Below, one piece after another: positions 26,140 through 32,000 of a stretch of 32,000 nucleotides of DNA. A program made the position numbers and the translations under genes. Below the pieces are notes generated by a model, which was not told the origin of the DNA, did not search any database, and worked only from the letters and a program-made list of their open reading frames with translations. The stretch is from Mucisphaera calidilacus (GTDB lineage Bacteria; Planctomycetota; Phycisphaerae; Phycisphaerales; Phycisphaeraceae): positions 2,010,001 to 2,042,000 of the forward strand of contig NZ_CP036280.1 in the NCBI RefSeq assembly GCF_007748075.1. The letters are read 5' to 3'. Each line of letters starts with the position of its first letter. Within the stretch, counting starts at the first letter, position 1.

Positions 26140-27321
26140 TCAGGCCGCCAGCGACAACGACCGGCCAAGACCCAGGACATCCTCGATCACGCACGCCATA
26201 CGCTCCGCCGCGCCGTCCCAACGCATCCCCGCCACACGCTCCAGCCCCGCATTCACCAGGTAACGCTGATACTGAGGCTGAGTCAGGATCCGCTCCAAGC
26301 CGTTGCGAATCGCCATCGTGTTCCGCGGGTCCACCAGCTCCGCCGCCTCCCCAGCCACCTCGGGCATCGACGTCACCTTCGACGTCAGCACCGCCGTCTC
26401 ACGCGTAAACGCCTCCACGATCGGCAGCCCGAACCCCTCACTCACCGACGGATAAACCAGCACCTCCGCCGAACGCATCAGCGACTCCAGACGCAGTCGC
26501 TCCACCGGCTCCAGCAGCCGCACGCTCTTGAGAATCCCCAGACGATCAATCAGCCGCACCAGCGACCGGCGAAACTCACCCGTTGCCCCCACCAGAACCA
26601 GCGTGAACTCGGAACGAACCGCAGGCGGCAACAACGACCACGCCTCCAGAACACGACGCGTGTTCTTCCGAGGGTCCGCCGCAGCCATGTGCAACGCAAA
26701 ACGCTGACCAATCCCCGCCGGTGCCAGATCAGCCTGCGACAGGTCCGGGTCAATCCCCGCCACGCGATCACCGCCCCAGCCGATCACCGACACACGATCC
26801 CCCAACTCCGGCACCCGACCCGCAACCTGCTCCGCCACGTACGACGACGGACAGACCACACGCCGCGCCTTCCGCGCCGCCTGCAACGCCAGCCGGAAAC
26901 GAACCACCGGCTCACCGTCCGGACGCTCCTGCGACGTCAGCGGGATCAGATCGTGAATCGTCTGGATCGTCGGCACCGGCTGCCACAGCGGACACCAGTT
27001 CGCCGGGCAGTGCAGCAGGTCCACCTTGTCCCGGAGCACCTGCCACGGCAGGCGAAGCTGCGTCCACGCGTCCAACCGGTCACCCGGAACATCGATCCGC
27101 TTCCACGTGATGTTCGCCCCCTCCAGACGCTCATCACTCAGCGGGAGCGCCGTCTGGTGGTAAAACACAAACCGCCAGTTCGGCCTCTGTTCGGATAACC
27201 GCTTGTAAAGACGCGCCGTGCTCACGCCGATCCCACGCAGCGACGCACGGCTCAGCGTGCGCGCGTCCAGACCGATCACGGGCGTATCCACGCGTCTCAG
27301 TTGGGTTGGAAACTGGGACAA
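26140..27321 (-). CDS. Glycosyltransferase family 4
   Basis: VLVYPSVSEGFGLPIVEAFTRETAVLTSKVTSMPEVAGEAAELVDP. TTG start at 27321 is supported by AGGAG (27334-27330) 8 nt upstream. Confidence 0.85.
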   Translation of the reverse strand: MSQFPTQLRRVDTPVIGLDARTLSRASLRGIGVSTARLYKRLSEQRPNWRFVFYHQTALPLSDERLEGANITWKRIDVPGDRLDAWTQLRLPWQVLRDKVDLLHCPANWCPLWQPVPTIQTIHDLIPLTSQERPDGEPVVRFRLALQAARKARRVVCPSSYVAEQVAGRVPELGDRVSVIGWGGDRVAGIDPDLSQADLAPAGIGQRFALHMAAADPRKNTRRVLEAWSLLPPAVRSEFTLVLVGATGEFRRSLVRLIDRLGILKSVRLLEPVERLRLESLMRSAEVLVYPSVSEGFGLPIVEAFTRETAVLTSKVTSMPEVAGEAAELVDPRNTMAIRNGLERILTQPQYQRYLVNAGLERVAGMRWDGAAERMACVIEDVLGLGRSLSLAA

Positions 27322-27345
27322 GAGTTCGGCTCCTGACGGTTCTAT

Positions 27346-27421
27346 CGGTTAAGCCCAACACCCGGTTCAGGCATCCCACCCACTTAAAACCGTTATGGGA
27401 TGAAGACGCCCCTTAACCGGG
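27346..27421. repeat. Nested and alternative inverted repeats in the GT/hpnC divergent intergenic region
   Basis: CGGTTAAG(27346-27353)/CTTAACCG(27412-27419), 8 bp. Inner CATCCCA(27372-27378)/TGGGATG(27396-27402), 7 bp. Alternative CCCGGTT(27361-27367)/AACCGGG(27415-27421), 7 bp. TAGAAT (27422-27427) is a -10-like hexamer for hpnC. Confidence 0.45.
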
Positions 27422-27455
27422 TAGAATCAGGGAGATAACGAAAGGCCCATAACCC

Positions 27456-28562
27456 ATGTCCTCCGCAGTGATCGCCGACCTCGAACGCTTCGGCCCCCAG
27501 GGCTACCCCCAGCTCTCCCAGCAGGAGGCCGACGACTACACACGCAGCCTCGCCCTCGGACACTACGAGAACTTCTCGGTCCTCAGCCGACTCGTCCCCA
27601 AACGCCTCCGCGACGACTTCGCACGCATCTACGCCTTCTGCCGATGGGCCGACGACCTCGGCGACGAAACCGGATCCACCGAAATCTCACGCGAACTGCT
27701 CAACTGGTGGCGACACGAACTCGACGCCTGCTACCAGGGGCACCCCAAACACCCCGTCTTCATCGCACTCGCCCCCACCATCGAAAAACACAACCTCCCC
27801 CGCAAACCCTTCGACGACCTCATCGACGCCTTCGTCCAGGACCAGGAAGTCACCCGCTACGACTCCTGGGAACAGCTCGTCGACTACTGCTCACGATCCG
27901 CCAACCCCGTCGGACGACTCGTCCTCCGCGTCTCAGGCCACGACGACCCCGAACTCGACCGACTCTCCGACGCCACCTGCACCGCCCTCCAACTCACCAA
28001 CTTCTGGCAGGACGTCCGACGCGACATCATCCAGCGAGACCGCGTCTACCTCCCCGCCGACGTCGCACGCCAGCACAACGTCGGCATGCCCTTCCTCATC
28101 AAGGCCGTCCGACTCGACGCCGGCCTCACCCACGAACACACCTGCTCCGCAGGACACAACCACGACCACAAGCATGACGAGAGCTGTTCCCACGATCACC
28201 ACCACGATCATGACCACGGCCATCACCATCACCACGACCCCGTCGATGGCCACGGCCAGCGGTGCGCCTGCTCGGGTGGCGGCCCCAACGCCGGACTCCG
28301 CGCCACACTCCCCCCCTACCGCAAGATGATGTTCGACCTCGTCGAACGAACCTGGTCCCTCTTCCGCGAGGGCCGAAAACTCTGGCCGCACCTCCAACGC
28401 GACGTCAAACCCCCCATCAAGCTCTTCACCTACGGCGGCGAATCCGTCCTCCGACTCATCGAACTCCACGGATTCGATACACTCACACAACGTCACAAGC
28501 TGAGCAAGACACGCAAAGCATGGCTCGTCGCCCGTGCGGGAATCGAGCGGTGGCTGCCCTGA
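27456..28562 (+). CDS. hpnC: Squalene/phytoene synthase family enzyme, HpnC-like (hydroxysqualene synthase), with a His/Cys-rich insertion
   Basis: HYENFSVLSRLVPKRLRDDFARIYAFCRWADDLGDE, SANPVGRLVL, LQLTNFWQDVRRD...RVYLP. ATG preceded by GAAAGG. Confidence 0.82.
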   Translation: MSSAVIADLERFGPQGYPQLSQQEADDYTRSLALGHYENFSVLSRLVPKRLRDDFARIYAFCRWADDLGDETGSTEISRELLNWWRHELDACYQGHPKHPVFIALAPTIEKHNLPRKPFDDLIDAFVQDQEVTRYDSWEQLVDYCSRSANPVGRLVLRVSGHDDPELDRLSDATCTALQLTNFWQDVRRDIIQRDRVYLPADVARQHNVGMPFLIKAVRLDAGLTHEHTCSAGHNHDHKHDESCSHDHHHDHDHGHHHHHDPVDGHGQRCACSGGGPNAGLRATLPPYRKMMFDLVERTWSLFREGRKLWPHLQRDVKPPIKLFTYGGESVLRLIELHGFDTLTQRHKLSKTRKAWLVARAGIERWLP

Positions 28563-28594
28563 GCATCAGACACACCGGATAACCGGGAGCCTCG

Positions 28595-29530
28595 ATGACG
28601 ACCACGCCCGCTCAACCCACACCCCAACCCCCTCCGCAGACCCTCGCCGACATACAGCCCGGCGTCCGCCGCGCCCTCAACCACTGCGCCGACATCACCA
28701 AGTCACGCGCCAAAAACTTCTACTACGGCCTCCGCCTCACGCCCGAGCCGCGACGCTCCGCCGTCTACGCCATCTACGCCACCATGCGCGCCTGCGACGA
28801 CCTCGCCGACGAACACACCGACGAAGAACTCGACGCACGACGACAACGCATCAACACCTTCCGCCAACGCATCCACGACCTCTTCGCCAACCCCGAGGAC
28901 AACCCCGACGACGACCCCGTCTTCCGCGCCTTCCGCCACGTCGTCCGCCACTACCCCGTCGAACAGGCACACATCGACGCCATGCTCGACGGGCAGATCG
29001 CCGACCTCACCACCAACACCTACGAGACCTTCGACGACCTCTACGCCTACTGCTACAACGTCGCCTCCGTCGTCGGACTCACCTGCATCGCCATCTGGGG
29101 ACACGACGGCGACGTCCAGGTCAAACAACTCGCCGAGTACCGAGGCATCGCCTTCCAACTCACCAACATCCTCCGCGACCTCGCCGAAGACGCCACACGA
29201 GGACGCATCTACCTCCCCGCCGAAGACTTCAAACGCTTCGGCTGCGACCCCATCGACCTCCAGCACGGACTCACCTCACCCGAGTTCGAACGCATGATGA
29301 CCTGGCAGATCGAACGCGCCCGAAACTACTACCAGATGTCCGCCCCCCTCGAAGCACACCTCACACCCGACACACGATCCACCAGCTGGGCCATGATGCG
29401 CATCTACCGCGGCATCCTCGAACGCATCGCCGCCAAACCCGAACGCGTCCTCACCACACGCGTCCGCCTCGGCGGGCTCGAGAAAATATCCATCGCAGCA
29501 CGAGCCCACCTCTGGCAGGCACTCCACTGA
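28595..29530 (+). CDS. hpnD: Squalene/phytoene synthase family enzyme, HpnD-like (presqualene diphosphate synthase)
   Basis: AKNFYYGLRLTPEPRRSAVYAIYATMRACDDLADE, YCYNVASVVGL, FQLTNILRDLAEDATRGRIYLP. GGGAG SD. Begins 32 nt after hpnC. Confidence 0.78.
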   Translation: MTTTPAQPTPQPPPQTLADIQPGVRRALNHCADITKSRAKNFYYGLRLTPEPRRSAVYAIYATMRACDDLADEHTDEELDARRQRINTFRQRIHDLFANPEDNPDDDPVFRAFRHVVRHYPVEQAHIDAMLDGQIADLTTNTYETFDDLYAYCYNVASVVGLTCIAIWGHDGDVQVKQLAEYRGIAFQLTNILRDLAEDATRGRIYLPAEDFKRFGCDPIDLQHGLTSPEFERMMTWQIERARNYYQMSAPLEAHLTPDTRSTSWAMMRIYRGILERIAAKPERVLTTRVRLGGLEKISIAARAHLWQALH

Positions 29531-29654
29531 CGCGTCTCAAGGCTCACACGACACGCAGCACCCCGCCGCCAAAGGCCGGGACCGCCCACGAACCCGCCAC
29601 GGCACAGCAGGCCCGAAGCACAAGCCTTGCCCCCTGAACCGCTTTACTCACGCG

Positions 29655-29912
29655 TCACGCCGACTTCTTCAGCTCCGACTCCGCCTCGAGCCAGAGCGAC
29701 ATCTCAGAGCCCGAAGGCTTGCCCTTGGCCAGCCACTTGAAGTAGGCCCGGTTCGCAATCTCGTCGTGCGTCAGCTTCATCACCACCTCGCCGGCAGGCG
29801 CCGCCTGCACCGTCTTCTTGGGGGCAGCAGCCTTCGTGGTCGTCTTCGACGCACGCTTGGTCGTGCTGGTCTTGCGGGTGGTCTTGGTGGTTGTCTTACG
29901 TGTACGTGCCAT
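29655..29912 (-). CDS. DUF2934-type small protein with a basic Thr/Lys/Arg-rich N-terminal tail
   Basis: C-terminal THDEIANRAYFKWLAKGKPSGSEMSLWLEAESEL matches the DUF2934 signature. GAGGAG SD. Confidence 0.7.
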   Translation of the reverse strand: MARTRKTTTKTTRKTSTTKRASKTTTKAAAPKKTVQAAPAGEVVMKLTHDEIANRAYFKWLAKGKPSGSEMSLWLEAESELKKSA

Positions 29913-30018
29913 GGCGGCTCCTCACGAGTAAAAGGAACAAGGACGCAGTCACACGCGGCAGCAGCGCCGCGGACGCGCGATGGACACGTTATCGGTCCTA
30001 CCCCCGCGAGCCGTCCAG

Positions 30019-30044
30019 AAAAAATCCCCCAGCTTGACACCGGG
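30019..30044 (-). terminator. Weak intrinsic-terminator candidate after bcp
   Basis: - strand RNA CCCGGU-GUCAA-GCUGGG (6 bp including 2 G-U pairs) followed by GGA and U6. This is the only A/T homopolymer of 6 or more that I noticed. Confidence 0.3.
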
Positions 30045-30052
30045 CTAAACCA

Positions 30053-30565
30053 TCACCCGTGATCCCGGATCGCCGCCAGCACCGCCTCCGCGTGACCCGG
30101 CACCTTCACCTTGTCCCAGCGGGCCGCAACCTTCCCGTCCGGACCGATCAGGTACGTCGTCCGCACCACCCCCGCGTACTTCTTCCCGTACATGCTCTTC
30201 TCCTGCCACACCCCGTACTTGGCACACACCGACGCATCCGGGTCAGCCAGCAGCGTGAAGTTCAGTTCATGCTTCGCCACGAACTTCGCGTGCGACCGCT
30301 CATCATCAGGACTCACGCCCAGAACCACCGCATCCGCTTTCGTGAAGTCAGGCAGACCGTCGCGGAACTGGCACGCCTCCTTCGTGCACCCCGGCGTGTC
30401 ATCCTTCGGATAGAAGTAAAGCACCACCCACCGGCCCGCATAGTCGGTCAACTTGTGCGTCGCGCCCGCCTGGTCCTTCATCGTGAACGCCCGCGCCTTC
30501 TTGCCCACCTCCGTCAGCGGCCGGGTCTCATCCACCGATACACGCTCTGCCGTTGCCTTCGCCAT
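30053..30565 (-). CDS. bcp: Peroxiredoxin Bcp (thiol peroxidase)
   Basis: WVVLYFYPKDDTPGCTKEACQFRD...VLGVSPDDERSHAKFVAKHELNFTLLADPD. AGGAGA SD. Confidence 0.92.
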   Translation of the reverse strand: MAKATAERVSVDETRPLTEVGKKARAFTMKDQAGATHKLTDYAGRWVVLYFYPKDDTPGCTKEACQFRDGLPDFTKADAVVLGVSPDDERSHAKFVAKHELNFTLLADPDASVCAKYGVWQEKSMYGKKYAGVVRTTYLIGPDGKVAARWDKVKVPGHAEAVLAAIRDHG

Positions 30566-30603
30566 GTTTCATCTCCTGATTAAGTTCACTCGATAGTAGA
30601 CTG

Positions 30604-31347
30604 ATGGACATGAGACGACACAGCACCCTCCGCGGAACTTCGCCACGCCCCGGCTTCACCCTCATCGAACTCCTGGTCGTCATCTCCATCATCGCGCTGC
30701 TCATCGGCATCCTCCTCCCGGCACTCTCCGCCGCTCGCAACGCCGCACGCGACATCATCTGCGGCTCAAACACCCGCCAGATCAGCACCGCCATGCGCGC
30801 CTACCTCAACGACTTCCGCGACACCTACTTCTGGCGCGACACCGCCAACATCAGCGAAAACGGCATGGACTGGTACGTCTACGGCGGACGCGAATCCGGA
30901 AACCATCACACCGGACAGGCCGGTCTCTTCAACCGACTCCAGCCACGACCCCTCAACCCCTACGTCGGCGGCTCCGTCGAAATCTTCCGATGCCCCTTCG
31001 ACTCCGACCCCGTCGACTGGGCCACATGGGGCAACGAGATCTACACCCACCACGACCTCGTCGGCACCTCCTACAACTTCAACGCCACCGGCAGACCCAA
31101 CACCCACAACGTCAACGCCCTCTACGGGCTCGCCGGACGAACCGATCCCTCCCTGCCCAGACCCACGAAAACACCCCTCTTCTTCGACGCCTCCGGAGCC
31201 AAAGCACCCGCCGGCCAAGAGATCTGGCACCGCGACGGCAAGCTCTACATGGCCTTCGCCGACAACCACGTCGCCTACCAGACCATGCCCCAGCCCAACG
31301 ACACCGCCGTCGACTGGGCCGCACCACCCGCCGGCTGGACACCCTGA
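30604..31347 (+). CDS. Prepilin-type N-terminal cleavage/methylation domain protein (DUF1559 family, planctomycete-typical)
   Basis: [35 protein letters not shown] and a C-terminal [16 protein letters not shown] (a variant of the H-X9-DG-type motif). No SD is visible. Confidence 0.85.
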   Translation: MDMRRHSTLRGTSPRPGFTLIELLVVISIIALLIGILLPALSAARNAARDIICGSNTRQISTAMRAYLNDFRDTYFWRDTANISENGMDWYVYGGRESGNHHTGQAGLFNRLQPRPLNPYVGGSVEIFRCPFDSDPVDWATWGNEIYTHHDLVGTSYNFNATGRPNTHNVNALYGLAGRTDPSLPRPTKTPLFFDASGAKAPAGQEIWHRDGKLYMAFADNHVAYQTMPQPNDTAVDWAAPPAGWTP

Positions 31348-31487
31348 TTCCTCACAAGACCCGAACCCTCAACGTCCGCCCAGCGTTATACTGACGACCC
31401 CCGTCGGGAGGGGATCAAGTAGCCGCCATCAATCATCGATGGAACGGTTATCCGAAACCGCACAAGCCCTTATAGAAAGAGTCGACC

Positions 31488-32000
31488 GTGTCCGAAGCTC
31501 GTCAATGTGCTCTGATCACCGGCATCACCGGCCAGGACGGCTCCTACCTCGCCGAACTCCTCCTCGATAAAGGCTACGAGGTCCACGGCATCATCCGCCG
31601 ATCCAGCTCCTTCAACACCGAGCGCATCGACCACATCTACCAGGACCCCCACGAAACCGGCTCCAACCTCAAACTCCACTACGGCGACCTCACCGACGCC
31701 AACGGACTCGCGCGACTTGTCTCCCAGGTCAGCCCCACCGAGGTCTACAACATCGGCGCGCAGTCCCACGTCAAGGTCTCCTTCGAACAGCCTATCTACA
31801 CAGGCGACGCCACCGGCATCGGCGCCGCCAAGCTCCTCGAAGCCGTCCGCGAATACCAGGACGACACCGGACACACCATCCGCTACTACCAGGCCTCCAC
31901 CTCCGAGATGTTCGGCGGCATGCCCGAGACCGCGCCGCAGTCCGAAGACACGCCCTTCCACCCGCGATCGCCCTACGGCGTCGCAAAACTCTACGCGCAC
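31488..32000 (+). CDS. gmd: GDP-mannose 4,6-dehydratase (5' part; continues beyond the window)
   Basis: Absent from the ORF track. Hand translation from GTG 31488: (M)[50 protein letters not shown]...[13 protein letters not shown]...[10 protein letters not shown]...[23 protein letters not shown] lies upstream. Confidence 0.92.
   Translation, partial: MSEARQCALITGITGQDGSYLAELLLDKGYEVHGIIRRSSSFNTERIDHIYQDPHETGSNLKLHYGDLTDANGLARLVSQVSPTEVYNIGAQSHVKVSFEQPIYTGDATGIGAAKLLEAVREYQDDTGHTIRYYQASTSEMFGGMPETAPQSEDTPFHPRSPYGVAKLYAH

Noticed and set aside
28534-29637. 367-aa + strand ORF overlapping hpnD in another frame, and the similar 27644-28177 ORF inside hpnC.
   Set aside because: These are Arg/Pro/Thr/His-rich out-of-frame translations of C-rich coding sequence. 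The hpnC and hpnD frames carry the family motifs.
29531-29654. Search for a bidirectional terminator between convergent hpnD and the DUF2934 gene.
   Set aside because: I found only 4-5 bp or long-range complementarities and no U/A tracts, so there is no convincing structure.
31444-31462. CGGTT-N6-AACCG inverted repeat upstream of gmd sharing the CGGTTA hexamer with the hpnC upstream region, considered as a possible common operator.
   Set aside because: The shared element is only 5-6 nt and is expected by chance many times in 32 kb. There is no extended similarity between the two regions.
1-32000. Scan for tRNA/rRNA genes, CRISPR arrays, IS elements or transposases, integrases, toxin-antitoxin pairs and defence-type nuclease/helicase/ATPase genes.
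   Set aside because: I could recognise none by eye. Intergenic regions are all 145 nt or shorter and contain no T-loop-like GTTCGAATC motifs or spaced direct repeats. Every large ORF has a housekeeping or envelope-type assignment, or is one of the three small unknowns already listed.

Overview
High-GC window that looks planctomycete (probably Phycisphaerae-like), judged from a DUF1559 prepilin-type protein, an hpnC/hpnD pair and a membrane Ser/Thr kinase. I call 43 CDS and find no rRNA, tRNA, CRISPR or mobile element by eye. Positions 1-9581 (- strand) hold a contiguous S10-spc ribosomal operon, rpsJ through rpsE, which runs off the window. Upstream on the same strand are a bifunctional-nuclease-domain protein, rsmB, a PAS-GAF-receiver protein and a polyprenyl diphosphate synthase. 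The rest is housekeeping and envelope genes: Ser/Thr kinase, membrane thioredoxin, transaldolase, BamB-like lipoprotein, a purH fragment, pyrF, an ATPase-less ABC importer pair, an LMW phosphatase, three uncharacterised proteins, two GT4 glycosyltransferases, hpnC-hpnD, a DUF2934 protein, bcp, the DUF1559 protein and gmd (partial). No defence or mobile island is evident. The most unusual observations are: (1) a C>G asymmetry on the + strand that ignores gene orientation, so + and - strand genes use opposite synonymous codons (NNC versus NNG); (2) an HpnC-type squalene-synthase-family enzyme with a roughly 55-aa His/Cys-rich insertion; (3) a stand-alone IMP cyclohydrolase domain of PurH; (4) ribosomal protein S5 with an Ala/Glu/Lys-rich tail of at least 85 aa; (5) structured spacers inside the S10 operon and in the GT/hpnC divergent region; (6) a receiver protein with an apparently His-less DHp-like segment. 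All coordinates, starts and structures were derived by hand; no database or folding computation was run.
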